DNA of 64,000 bases from contig JAAZKX010000003.1 of assembly GCA_012799605.1 (NCBI GenBank), positions 4,552 to 68,551 on the forward strand. The letters run 5' to 3'. Position 1 is the first letter of the stretch. Each line of letters starts with the position of its first letter. The notes below the pieces were generated by a model that searched no databases, was not told where the DNA came from, and saw only the letters and a list, made by a program, of their open reading frames with translations. The position numbers and the translations under genes were made by a program. The DNA is from Bacillota bacterium (GTDB taxonomy: Bacteria; Bacillota; DTU030; DUMP01). Shown here in pieces: positions 46,819-56,284 of this stretch.

Positions 46819-47400
46819 TCAAGCTGTGACCAGCCCGTATAAAAACAAATCTACCGCCAGGCTTGCCACCTCTTCCGGGTTCCTTGACTGTTGGCGGACA
46901 AGATGAGACACGCCCACCGATGATAAAATTCCAAAAAACGCTTGGGTGGCCAGCAATGTATCTACTGCCTTAAATAATTCCATTCTGATCCCTTGCTCAA
47001 TTACGCCAGCTACCATATCCTGCGCCTGCTCACAAATCTCCCGCAGGCGCGCCCGGTGGGGGGACATTATTGCCGGATCAGCAATAATGATATTTGCTAA
47101 ATTTTGATGGTTAGTAACAAACTTCATATGCAAAACTGCAATCTGCCGCAACTTAGTAGCAGGCGAGGCGTCTCGGCGTATTTCGTCCTCTAGCCCCTTC
47201 ATGTATTGGCTCATTCCCGCATCAACGACTTGCTCAAACACAGCCTGTTTGGAAGAAAAATATTCATACACCGTTCCTTTCCCGACCCCCGCTGCCTGGG
47301 CGATATCCTCCACCCGGGCTTGATTATAACCGTGGAGGGCGAATATGCGCTTTGCAGCCGCTATAATAGCCTGGCCTTTGTCCTTATCAGGGCCTTGCAT
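46819..47400 (-). CDS. TetR/AcrR-family transcriptional regulator (last gene of the efflux operon)
   Basis: 193 aa. N-terminal HTH FALHGYNQARVEDIAQAAGVGKGTVYEYF. Its start overlaps the stop of the TolC-like gene. Confidence 0.85.
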   Translation of the reverse strand: MQGPDKDKGQAIIAAAKRIFALHGYNQARVEDIAQAAGVGKGTVYEYFSSKQAVFEQVVDAGMSQYMKGLEDEIRRDASPATKLRQIAVLHMKFVTNHQNLANIIIADPAIMSPHRARLREICEQAQDMVAGVIEQGIRMELFKAVDTLLATQAFFGILSSVGVSHLVRQQSRNPEEVASLAVDLFLYGLVTA

Positions 47401-48622
47401 CGGTCAATTCACCCCCGCCAACCTGGCCACCAGTTAGGCCTTTTTCGGCTGCTTCCAGGCTGGCTATGGCTAACACATAGTTTTTCTGCCCGGCATAAAG
47501 AGTGCTGTAAGCTTGCGCCACGGCCCGTTCTGCCGTCAGTAAATCTAGCCCGGTAGCCGCCCCCAACGTCAGCTTGGCTTTAATGGCCCGCAAATCTTCT
47601 TCCGCCTGCTGCACGGCCCGTTGAGCCGGCATAAGTTGTTCCTTGGCGGCCAGATACATATTATAGCTGCTACGCACTTTTGTTTCTACCTTCACCCGAG
47701 TATCCAGCAGCTTAATTTGGGCTTGGAGATACTCGTATTCTGCACCCCTATACTTATAAGTAATAGCCGGGTACCGTTTGGCGGTCAGCTCAAATTTCTT
47801 TTGAGCCAAATCGTGCTGAAACTGCGCCCCTTTGATATCAATACTGGACTCGATAGCTGCCTGTACCACCTGCTCTAAATCAAACTCTACCTGAGGCTCC
47901 GTTACCGGCTCAAGTGCCACTTCGGTATCAAGATCCAAGCCAACTTCTTTTAGCAGCGCTAGCCGCTTGGCCTCATAGACGCTTTCAGCCCCCAAACGCC
48001 CGGCCCGGGCCTGGGCCAGTCCAGTTTGAGCAGCTAAGTCCTGGGCCGAAGCAATAAGGCCCACTTCAAGTTGAGCCGCTGCTACCCTGCGGGCTTCAGT
48101 GGCCTCTTTCTCCGCTCTGATAGCTGTCTTCAAGTCGGCCTCCGCCTGCAGAAGATCATAATAGGCACTCAGAACAGCCAGCCGAACCCCTTCGTCAGCT
48201 AAGTCGTATCCGGCTTGGGCCAGCGCTACTTGCTGTTGAGCCGCCCAGACCCCATGCTCCTTAAAAAACTCTGTCTCCAGATCAGACGGAGGAGCGAGCA
48301 TCCCCATTACAAGTCCCCACAGCTCAGCTAGGCCAGGGGGTAACTGATCCGGTGGGCTAAGCGCTCCGCTTTCCGCTTCTTGTTCTAAATCCTCTAGTTT
48401 TCTAACTTCGCTTTTTGTTTCCCTAAGCCCAAGCTTGGCTTGATCTAAAGCTACCGCTGCCAATTTTAGCTGGGGATTGTTCTTTGCAGCCAGTTCCAAA
48501 CATTCGGCCAAAGTCAGTGCCTTCGCCTCTTTTTCCCGAGCGGCTGCCTGAACCGAGCCCCCCACTATAGCAACTAAAATCAATATTCCTAAAGCAACCG
48601 TTACTTTTTTTCGGTTAGACAA
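47387..48622 (-). CDS. TolC-family outer-membrane-efflux-protein-like channel
   Basis: 411 aa with an N-terminal signal anchor. Two repeats of long coiled-coil/OEP-type sequence (LTLAECLELAAKNNPQLK..., AIESSIDIKGAQFQHDLAQ...). Overlaps the RND gene stop. Confidence 0.75.
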   Translation of the reverse strand: MSNRKKVTVALGILILVAIVGGSVQAAAREKEAKALTLAECLELAAKNNPQLKLAAVALDQAKLGLRETKSEVRKLEDLEQEAESGALSPPDQLPPGLAELWGLVMGMLAPPSDLETEFFKEHGVWAAQQQVALAQAGYDLADEGVRLAVLSAYYDLLQAEADLKTAIRAEKEATEARRVAAAQLEVGLIASAQDLAAQTGLAQARAGRLGAESVYEAKRLALLKEVGLDLDTEVALEPVTEPQVEFDLEQVVQAAIESSIDIKGAQFQHDLAQKKFELTAKRYPAITYKYRGAEYEYLQAQIKLLDTRVKVETKVRSSYNMYLAAKEQLMPAQRAVQQAEEDLRAIKAKLTLGAATGLDLLTAERAVAQAYSTLYAGQKNYVLAIASLEAAEKGLTGGQVGGGELTDARP

Positions 48623-51600
48623 TGTCGTTCACGCCCTTTTTTCTTAGCTCTGACACCCGCTGTACCAATAAGGAGCCTAAATCTTCAATGGCCGTATATA
48701 CCACAGGTACAACAACCAAAGTCAAAACTGTGGACATACTGAGGCCAAAAATTACGGTAATCGCCAACGGAGCCTGCACCTCTCCCCCTTCTCCTATTCC
48801 CAGCGCCAGCGGAACCAAGCCCAGCACTGTCGTCAAAGTGGTCATAAGGATCGGTCTGAGTCGGGTAGGCCCGGCAGTCAAAATAGCTTCCCTTACAGCC
48901 AGCCCTCTTTGCCGCAAAATATTTATATAATCCACTAACACAATAGCATTATTCACTACCACACCGGCTAGTACTATAACGCCTATAGCTGCCAACACCG
49001 AAACGGGGGTACCGGTGATCGCCAAGCCCAGCACTACACCTACCAGTGCCAATGGCATGGAAAACATAATGGTCAGCGGATGAAGCAGTGATTCAAATTG
49101 GGCTGCCATCACCATATAGACCAAAACTACCGCAAAAGCCAACACTAAACTTAAATCAGAAAAAGCCTCCATCATCATCTGGTCTTCGCCGCCGAACTCC
49201 ACCGTGTATCCTTCTGGGAATTGGAATTCCTCCAGCGCCTGGGCAATATCATTACTTACCGGCCCGAGTGGGCGCCCGACAATATCAGCCGATACTGTGG
49301 CTACTCTTGTTTGGTTTTCGCGGTAAATGCTGCTTGGCCCCTGCTCTATTACTAAATCGGCCACATCGCCCAAACTAACTTGAAAGCCCAGCGGTGAAGC
49401 CAACCGTATTCCTTCAATAGCAGACAGCGTTTGCCGCTGGTCTTCCTTCAGCTGTACTACTATATCTATTTCATCCCCGCCAACGCGGTAGCGGGTGACA
49501 ACTTGACCGTCGACAGCCATATCTATTGTTTGGGCTATTTGACCGGCTGTAAGACCTAAAGAAGCCGCTTTGTCGCGCCGAATCCGCACTTGGATTTCTG
49601 GCCGGCCCTCCTCGAAACTGGTTTCCACTTCCCGGGTACCAGCCACACTTCTGACTACAGCGGCCACATCATCAGCTATAGTCTTGAGCAAATCGATATC
49701 ATCACCATGAATCTGAACGCTGATAGGGCCGCCACCGCCCATGGCATATAGGCCCATCATATCCTGGGAAGTTACCGTGATTTCTGCCCCAGCGATATTC
49801 TGGATCCGTTCCCGTACAGCCTCGGCGATATCGACATCGCTCTTCGTCCGTTCACGGAGCGGCCTCAGATTAACATCAACCGTGGCCTCTTCAGGATGAG
49901 TCGCCATGCCGCCGGCAGCAAATAACTCGCTGCCGCCCACTGAGGTAAATATAGTCTCTATTTCTGGCATCCGGGCAAAGGTTTTTTCCACCAATCCGGC
50001 TATCTGTCCCGTCTGTTCTATGGTAGATCCCAAAGGCAAACTGATAGTAGCCGTAATCATGCCCGCATCCGTGCGAGGAAACAGTTCACGGCCTAAAAAT
50101 GGCAGAATAATTAAACTTAGTACAAAAGCAGCTGTTGCCAAACCAATCACTGCCCGCCTGTGGTCCAGACTCCAGGCCAAAACGCGACGGTAGAACGAAT
50201 CAAAACCGACTAACGCGTTCCTGATCCGTTGGGCCGCTTTTTGCCCCCAATATGAAACCTTCGAATTAGAACGGGATCGGTTATGCCCAGGGCCGATTTT
50301 TAATAGCCGGCTGGCTAGCAGAGGTACCAAGGTCAAGGCTACCAACAAGGAAGAAAGGAGCGAAAAAGTTACAGTCAGCGCAAGTTGGGTAAATACTTCG
50401 GCCACCAGACCTTTGATGTAAACTATAGGCACAAACACTGCAATTGTGGTCAAAGTCGAAGCTGTAATGGCCAGCCCTACTTCAGATGCTCCCTCTTGCG
50501 CCGCGGCCAGCCTACTTTTGCCCTGTTCGAAATGCCGGTAAATATTTTCCAGAACCACGATGGAATTATCCACCAGCATGCCGACGCCCAAGGCAAATCC
50601 ACCCAGTGACATCATATTGAGAGTAAGGTTGTTAAAATAGATCAAGGTAAAGGTGGCGATAATTGATATGGGAATGGCTAAAGCAATAATCAAGGTGCTC
50701 CTTAAGTTGTGTAAAAATACATACAAAACAAGCACTGCCAACAGGCCGCCGACTATCGCATTATTCCTCAGGTTACCAATGGCCCGTTCAATGAACTTGG
50801 ATTGATCAAAGGTGTAACTGCAATGGATATCCGGCAGTTCATTGACAACATCTGCTATCTCTTCTCTGATTTTAGCTGCCACTTGAACCGTATTGGCTCC
50901 GGTTTCTTTTTGGATAGCAATGCCCAAACTCGGCTGCCCGTTTAAGAGGGAATAAGCACCGCTTTGATCCTCCACCTCTTTTACAACAGCTATATCCTCT
51001 AACCGAACCGGAGCCCCGGTCGGGGTTAGTAAGATAACATTTCTGATTTCAGCCAGGCTTCTAAATTCGCCGGTAGTGCGGATGACGTATTCACGGCTGC
51101 CATCTTGGATGGTGCCCCCTGGTAAATTCAAATTTTCACTTTGCAACTGCTGAGCCAATTGGCCTAAAGTCAACCCATAACCACTTAAACGGGCTTGGTC
51201 TACCAGCACTTTGATTTCCCGTACCGGGCCTCCGGCAAGCATGGCATAGGCGACCCCGTCAATTCTCTCCAGCCGGTTGATCACCTTGTCTTCGAGTAAC
51301 TGTTTTAATGAAGCCAGATCACGGCTTTCGGACGAGACCCCGACCGACATTATCGGTAGCAAGGCCGGATCGAGCTTATATACTTTAGGTCGCTCTACTT
51401 CAGCGGGTAACAAGCCGGATAAAATGTCGATCTTCTCCCGCATATCCAAGGTGGCGAAGTCCATATCCGTACCCCAATTAAACTCCACCATTACCATAGA
51501 GCTGCCGGGTGAACTGATGGACATTACATTTTTTACATTGCTAACCGTAGATAGCACTGCTTCCAGCGGCCGAGTTACCATTTGTTCCACTTCTTCCGGT

Positions 51601-51764
51601 CCAGCCCCGCTGTAGCCAGAAACCGCTACCGCCATGGGCAAATTTAGTTCCGGCAGCAGATCGATCGGTAATCTGCTCAGAGATACTGCCCCTAGCGCCA
51701 GCAATATGAGTATCCCCATACATACGGTCACCGGTCGGCGGATGGAAAATCCGGCCAAATCCAT
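48615..51764 (-). CDS. RND efflux pump inner-membrane transporter (AcrB/HAE1 type)
   Basis: 1049 aa, 12-TM architecture with two large loops. N-terminus FSIRRPVTV and conserved TM4 region GFALGVGMLVDNSIVVLENI. Confidence 0.9.
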   Translation of the reverse strand: MDLAGFSIRRPVTVCMGILILLALGAVSLSRLPIDLLPELNLPMAVAVSGYSGAGPEEVEQMVTRPLEAVLSTVSNVKNVMSISSPGSSMVMVEFNWGTDMDFATLDMREKIDILSGLLPAEVERPKVYKLDPALLPIMSVGVSSESRDLASLKQLLEDKVINRLERIDGVAYAMLAGGPVREIKVLVDQARLSGYGLTLGQLAQQLQSENLNLPGGTIQDGSREYVIRTTGEFRSLAEIRNVILLTPTGAPVRLEDIAVVKEVEDQSGAYSLLNGQPSLGIAIQKETGANTVQVAAKIREEIADVVNELPDIHCSYTFDQSKFIERAIGNLRNNAIVGGLLAVLVLYVFLHNLRSTLIIALAIPISIIATFTLIYFNNLTLNMMSLGGFALGVGMLVDNSIVVLENIYRHFEQGKSRLAAAQEGASEVGLAITASTLTTIAVFVPIVYIKGLVAEVFTQLALTVTFSLLSSLLVALTLVPLLASRLLKIGPGHNRSRSNSKVSYWGQKAAQRIRNALVGFDSFYRRVLAWSLDHRRAVIGLATAAFVLSLIILPFLGRELFPRTDAGMITATISLPLGSTIEQTGQIAGLVEKTFARMPEIETIFTSVGGSELFAAGGMATHPEEATVDVNLRPLRERTKSDVDIAEAVRERIQNIAGAEITVTSQDMMGLYAMGGGGPISVQIHGDDIDLLKTIADDVAAVVRSVAGTREVETSFEEGRPEIQVRIRRDKAASLGLTAGQIAQTIDMAVDGQVVTRYRVGGDEIDIVVQLKEDQRQTLSAIEGIRLASPLGFQVSLGDVADLVIEQGPSSIYRENQTRVATVSADIVGRPLGPVSNDIAQALEEFQFPEGYTVEFGGEDQMMMEAFSDLSLVLAFAVVLVYMVMAAQFESLLHPLTIMFSMPLALVGVVLGLAITGTPVSVLAAIGVIVLAGVVVNNAIVLVDYINILRQRGLAVREAILTAGPTRLRPILMTTLTTVLGLVPLALGIGEGGEVQAPLAITVIFGLSMSTVLTLVVVPVVYTAIEDLGSLLVQRVSELRKKGVNDIV

Positions 51765-52942
51765 CAGCTTTCACCCCCAGCCACAACAAGCACGGCCATA
51801 CCATCGCGAAGATACTGTTGTCCTTTTACAACCAACAGTTCACCTTCGTTCAGTCCGGAAAGCACTTGCACAACTTGCTCGTTTGATAGCCCCAGTGCTA
51901 CATCTTTTTGGTGGGCTATATCATCTTTTACAACAAATACCGTTTGTCTACTTCCCGCCGCCACCACTGCCTCCCGATCGATCAGCAGCACAGCCGTGGC
52001 GGTCTCCGTTGGCAGCTCCACCTCGCTGAACATGCCTGGCTTAATCAGGTGATCCTCATTGGAAACCGTTACTTCTACCGGGAAACCTTGGGTTCGGGCA
52101 TCAGCTGCCGGAGCTATTGCCGACAGTTCACCGCTGAATTCTTTATCCCCCAAACTAGCAACCTTAACTTTTACTTGCTGTCCGCGCTCTAAAAAGTTGA
52201 TATCTTTTTCGGTAGCGTTTAAGCTGATCTTTACCTGATCCATATTTACAATAGTAGCTACCGGTGCATTTGGATTGGCCATCTGCCCTACTTCGATCGG
52301 CAAACTGGCCACAATCCCGGTTATCGGGGCTGTAACAATGGTATTGTCTAACTGCGATTGAGCCAAAGCCAAAGCTGCTTTGGCCTGATCATAGTTAGCC
52401 CTGGCCATTTTTTCTTGATCCAATATTGCTTGATATTGAGCTACCGCTCCGGCCGCACCGACTTTGGCTTGCTCGAGCGCCTGATCCGAAATTACCCCTT
52501 GCGCTTGCAAATGTTCCAACCGAGCCAGATCCGCAGCTGCCTGTTCAGAGGCTAAACGGGCACTTGCAGCCGCGGCCGATTCCATGTCCAGCGGCGGCAA
52601 ACCTGCCTCGGCCACCGCCACCGCTGCCTCCGCTTGCCGCACCTGTTCCACTAAATCCCTTTGGTCAAGTTTCAATAAGACCTGCCCCGCTTCAACTGCC
52701 TGGCCCACCTCCACATTGATTTCCCTAACCTGAAGCGGAAGTTTGCTTATCACCAGAACCTCAGCCTGAGCCCGAACCGGCCCGCTTAGCACCGTAGTGG
52801 CTGTTACATCGCCTATTTGGACTGGCTTTACCTCTACGGCTACCGGCTTCGCCTCCTTCTGTTCCGGCGGAGCCTGACAACCCGATAACAAGATTAAAAC
52901 TACTAATACACACCCTAACAACACCATAGCGCGTTTTGACAT
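51764..52942 (-). CDS. RND periplasmic adaptor (membrane fusion protein), lipoprotein
   Basis: 392 aa. Lipobox LLSGC, lipoyl halves flanking a coiled-coil hairpin of about 115 aa, then beta-barrel and membrane-proximal domains. Confidence 0.85.
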   Translation of the reverse strand: MSKRAMVLLGCVLVVLILLSGCQAPPEQKEAKPVAVEVKPVQIGDVTATTVLSGPVRAQAEVLVISKLPLQVREINVEVGQAVEAGQVLLKLDQRDLVEQVRQAEAAVAVAEAGLPPLDMESAAAASARLASEQAAADLARLEHLQAQGVISDQALEQAKVGAAGAVAQYQAILDQEKMARANYDQAKAALALAQSQLDNTIVTAPITGIVASLPIEVGQMANPNAPVATIVNMDQVKISLNATEKDINFLERGQQVKVKVASLGDKEFSGELSAIAPAADARTQGFPVEVTVSNEDHLIKPGMFSEVELPTETATAVLLIDREAVVAAGSRQTVFVVKDDIAHQKDVALGLSNEQVVQVLSGLNEGELLVVKGQQYLRDGMAVLVVAGGES

Positions 52943-53014
52943 GCTTTCTCCTCCCCCTGTAACAACCCGGCCTGATTAAAATTGTGTTAAGATATAAGTA
53001 TATTTGCCTTTATG

Positions 53015-53046
53015 CTACTTCCGACCGACCGGTCGGTCGGAAGTAG
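53015..53046. promoter_or_regulatory. 32-bp perfect palindrome, candidate TetR operator of the efflux operon
   Basis: CTACTTCCGACCGACC|GGTCGGTCGGAAGTAG has no mismatch. It begins 8 nt downstream of the -10 of the operon promoter. Confidence 0.6.
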
Positions 53047-53054
53047 GCTTTAAT

Positions 53055-53083
53055 ATTATAGATCAGTTACCAGGCCCTGTCAA
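53055..53083 (-). promoter_or_regulatory. Consensus sigma-A promoter of the MFP-RND-TolC-TetR operon
   Basis: Minus strand TTGACA (53083-53078), 17-nt spacer, TATAAT (53060-53055). Confidence 0.7.
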
Positions 53084-53142
53084 AACTAATTCGGTTAGCC
53101 AGGGAGCTAACAATCCCATTAAGAACGCTGGATTCAAACTTA

Positions 53143-53172
53143 TTTACCCTCTATTGCTTTACATGTTATAAT
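53143..53172 (+). promoter_or_regulatory. Extended -10 promoter for the metallophosphoesterase operon
   Basis: TTTACC, 18-nt spacer, TG-T-TATAAT (53164-53172). Lies 27 nt before the GAGGTGA RBS/ATG at 53199. Confidence 0.5.
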
Positions 53173-53198
53173 AATCTCACATCAGATGAGGTGATTGG

Positions 53199-53834
53199 AT
53201 GTCATCTTTACGGCAACTGCCTGTTTACCTGTCCAAAATAACCCAGGGCCTTCAAAATTTAATAACACCGGCTATCCCAGCTGAGGTGCTGGATTCATCT
53301 GCTGCTTGTTTAGTGCATGTAAGTGATACACCGGCTACATTTTACCCGGTTTTATTTAGATTGCTAAAAAAACTAAGACCCGCAGTTTTGGTCCACACCG
53401 GTGATCTGCTGGATCAAATCAAACTAGAAAACAACTCTTACCTTGTCGGCTGTTATCAGGAACAACTCGAACGTTATCTGCCGCAGCTGGAAGGCATGCC
53501 TGTAGATGATATCTATCTCGTTCCCGGCAACCACGATGACACCGATATACTTGCCGATACCTGCCGACGGTGCTGCCTTATCCCGCCGAGCAGTTTGATC
53601 AGGTTCGGCTCCTTTAAGATTGGGGTAGCCCACAAGCCGCAGCAGCTGCCGGCCAATGCTGATTTCGGCCTCTATGGTCACTGCTTGGATCAACCTACAG
53701 TCAATTCCGGGCATCCTTTATCCGGCCTGACAAAGATCAATTTGCTGCTGGAGAACGGTACCTTATACTCTATGCCTTATCCCCGTGGCATAAACGCCGC
53801 CCGCGGCCTGAGAATACGACCAGCAAAGCTGTAA
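53199..53834 (+). CDS. Calcineurin-like metallophosphoesterase-family protein (motif I atypical)
   Basis: 211 aa. Motifs VHVSDTP (His missing from D-x-H), HTGDL, PGNHDD and YGHC. Confidence 0.7.
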   Translation: MSSLRQLPVYLSKITQGLQNLITPAIPAEVLDSSAACLVHVSDTPATFYPVLFRLLKKLRPAVLVHTGDLLDQIKLENNSYLVGCYQEQLERYLPQLEGMPVDDIYLVPGNHDDTDILADTCRRCCLIPPSSLIRFGSFKIGVAHKPQQLPANADFGLYGHCLDQPTVNSGHPLSGLTKINLLLENGTLYSMPYPRGINAARGLRIRPAKL

Positions 53835-53847
53835 GGGAGGAATGGCT

Positions 53848-54828
53848 ATGTTATTTTTACGCCTCGGTCCTGAGTGTATGTGTCTTTATACCGATACTCC
53901 TGACCCGATAACTGCCGCTTTTGCTAGCCTCGATTCCTGGCCGGCGCCGGATCTGGCCGCCGGATTAGGGGCTGCTGGTGAAAACGATAGCGTGGTAGTA
54001 ACCATCTCCTCTGCCGGTGAAACTATATTTAAAGTGCCCCATTCAGCTGCCGCGGTATTGACCCACTTGGTTGCCAGTCGCGCCCTCACTACAATCAATA
54101 AAATAGAACTAGGGCCCGGCCTTATGCTTATGCGCATACCCACTACCGGGAGCACCTTGATCGACCAACTGCAACAGGAATACCACGGCCGGAAAGTAGA
54201 TCTTCGCCATGGCGTTACCGCCGGCGATGTCAACGACACTTTGCTAGGGTTTACCGCCCATCCGATGGGAAAAACAGTCCCTGTTAAGGAAATGGAATCA
54301 GAGCTGCTTCTAGTTCACCAGCCAGCCCGTAATTTATTTCAGGAATTACGACGGGGAGCCGTCCGCTACTTTACCGAAGCCCTAAAAGAAGATAAGAGCG
54401 AATGGTACGAGCTTAGGATCAACATTTATGATGCTCATGGTAATTATAGCCTACATTTAGACCGTTTAATCGAAGTTCTCGAAGAACTGGAAGTGGGCCT
54501 GATCCTGGGAGAACGCTGGACTCGAGACCATGCCTTTGCCTTGCTATCGGTGACCGCTTATCAGGTACGATTGTTTTCCCATTGGCACCCTTTGAAGGTA
54601 AAATCTTTGGTTCTGGGTTTAGAATACAATGCCGAAGGAAAGCGGATCGTGGACATCGACCTGTATTATAAAAACCAAAAAATAAATTGGGTTCAAACCG
54701 TCCAAAAAAGCAGAGGGCGCCAAAGCAGGGCAGCAGTGGGGGCTGCAGCCAGAGACGCACTGCTGACCAAACTTTCGCCTTCAACCCGAAAGCACCTTTC
54801 AGTTCGGGAAGAAATCGCCCCAGGCTAG
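53848..54828 (+). CDS. Uncharacterised protein co-transcribed with the metallophosphoesterase
   Basis: Start moved to ATG 53848, 7 nt after AAGGGAGG. No family recognised. The C-terminal segment LGLEYNAEGKRIVDIDLY is faintly CitX-like. Confidence 0.6.
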   Translation: MLFLRLGPECMCLYTDTPDPITAAFASLDSWPAPDLAAGLGAAGENDSVVVTISSAGETIFKVPHSAAAVLTHLVASRALTTINKIELGPGLMLMRIPTTGSTLIDQLQQEYHGRKVDLRHGVTAGDVNDTLLGFTAHPMGKTVPVKEMESELLLVHQPARNLFQELRRGAVRYFTEALKEDKSEWYELRINIYDAHGNYSLHLDRLIEVLEELEVGLILGERWTRDHAFALLSVTAYQVRLFSHWHPLKVKSLVLGLEYNAEGKRIVDIDLYYKNQKINWVQTVQKSRGRQSRAAVGAAARDALLTKLSPSTRKHLSVREEIAPG

Positions 54829-54838
54829 GGGCAACCTT

Positions 54839-56086
54839 TTACTTGGGCTTGCGGTAACGAAAATAAATCCAGCGCGGATGCCGTAATCGACGCCGCCGTT
54901 TGGCCCGAACTATCAGCAACCAAATCAACCTCAGTAAAATCAGCAGCCCGAGCCAAAACCACCATGGTTTCCGAACCCGGGGCACAGCGGTACCAGCTAA
55001 TAGCGGTACCCGCCCTATTTCCGTCTCTTCTGCGGTAAACACCGCCTGACCCAAAGGTTGGCCCTGGTCGACTGGGGCCTCCAGTTCTGACGGCACCCCT
55101 TCTAAAATTGTTTTAATCTCTTCCTGCTCTCGGTCCAGGGTAACCAGCAGATCATGTTTGGCCACCGCTTCAACCTCATCCGCCTGCCCCTTTTTAACCG
55201 AAACAGTGTCCAATGTCTCCCCGGCGGATACGAGCGTACGATTATAAAAATTAGTAAAGCCCCAATCCAGTAGCAGCTGGGCATCGCGCCAAACACTCTC
55301 TTGTTCACTCTTTAAAACTACAGCTATTAACCGCCGCCCTTGACGGCTGGCCGATGCTACCAAACACTGCCGGGCTTCGCTGGTATAACCTGTTTTGACC
55401 CCATCGGCTCCTTCGTAACGCCATAACAACTTATTGTGATTTACCAATAATTTATCCGTATCTTTCACTGGCCAAGGTACATATCTTTCTTTAGTACCCG
55501 CTATCTCGCGAAAATCATTTCTGGCCATCGCTGCCCGGGCAATCAGGGCCATGTCTTTGGCTGTGCTATAACTATCGGGATCGGGAAGACCGCTGGAATT
55601 AGTAAAATTGGTATTCAATGCCCCCAGCTGGCGGGCACGTTCGTTCATAGCTTCGGCAAAATCTGCTACATTTTCATTTACATATTCGGCCAACGCCAGC
55701 GCAGCATCGTTACCCGAGTTTAACATTAACCCGTAAAGTAGCTCTTCAACTGTATAAGTTTCCCCGGGACTAGTATACATGGAGCTGCCTTCTTGAAAGG
55801 CAGCTTTTTCTGATATGGTTACTTTATCGGTTAAAGAGCCTCGCTCCAAAACCAGCAAAGCAGTCAAGATTTTAGTTGTGCTGGCAACAGGGAGTTTTAA
55901 ATCCGGATTTTTAGTGTATAACAGCCGCCCTGTATCGGCATCGATCAGGGCAGCCGCTTGAGCCACCAGTTCCGGCTTCGACGGGGCAACAGCCCTAACA
56001 GGTCCACTAACAATAATACTGCAAATAAAAAAAATTAAACTTACCCAGTGGCAAAATTTGACTCGTGGTGGTCGATGATAACGCAT
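54839..56086 (-). CDS. D-alanyl-D-alanine carboxypeptidase (S11, PBP5/DacB/DacF type)
   Basis: 415 aa. SxxK (ASTTKILTA), SxN (NSGNDAA), KTG (VKTGYT), plus a C-terminal TM and basic tail. Confidence 0.9.
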   Translation of the reverse strand: MRYHRPPRVKFCHWVSLIFFICSIIVSGPVRAVAPSKPELVAQAAALIDADTGRLLYTKNPDLKLPVASTTKILTALLVLERGSLTDKVTISEKAAFQEGSSMYTSPGETYTVEELLYGLMLNSGNDAALALAEYVNENVADFAEAMNERARQLGALNTNFTNSSGLPDPDSYSTAKDMALIARAAMARNDFREIAGTKERYVPWPVKDTDKLLVNHNKLLWRYEGADGVKTGYTSEARQCLVASASRQGRRLIAVVLKSEQESVWRDAQLLLDWGFTNFYNRTLVSAGETLDTVSVKKGQADEVEAVAKHDLLVTLDREQEEIKTILEGVPSELEAPVDQGQPLGQAVFTAEETEIGRVPLLAGTAVPRVRKPWWFWLGLLILLRLIWLLIVRAKRRRRLRHPRWIYFRYRKPK

Positions 56087-56284
56087 GCCCGGCCTCCATA
56101 CTTATTCTTCTTTATTACTACTATTATTGGCCCGCCCAGAAAAAATTACTGCTCGAGACCAATTGGTAAAATGAACCGTTTCGAAACCCGGTAGTTATTT
56201 AGGGCCGAAAAAGTATATTAGCACGATAAAAATGCAAAAATAGTAAATGACAACCATATTTTAAGGAAAGGATGTTTAAGTTAA

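Noticed and set aside
47387-48622. Using the TolC-like gene as proof that the organism is diderm.
   Set aside because: No LPS, BAM or OmpM-type genes are present in the window, and TolC-like ORFs are annotated in some Gram-positive-type Clostridia. The window alone cannot decide envelope type.
53842-54828. Calling the second gene of the metallophosphoesterase operon a CitX holo-ACP synthase.
   Set aside because: The resemblance rests on one short block (EGKRIVDIDLY). The rest of the protein is unalignable by eye, and no citrate lyase or malonate decarboxylase genes are nearby. It is kept as uncharacterised.
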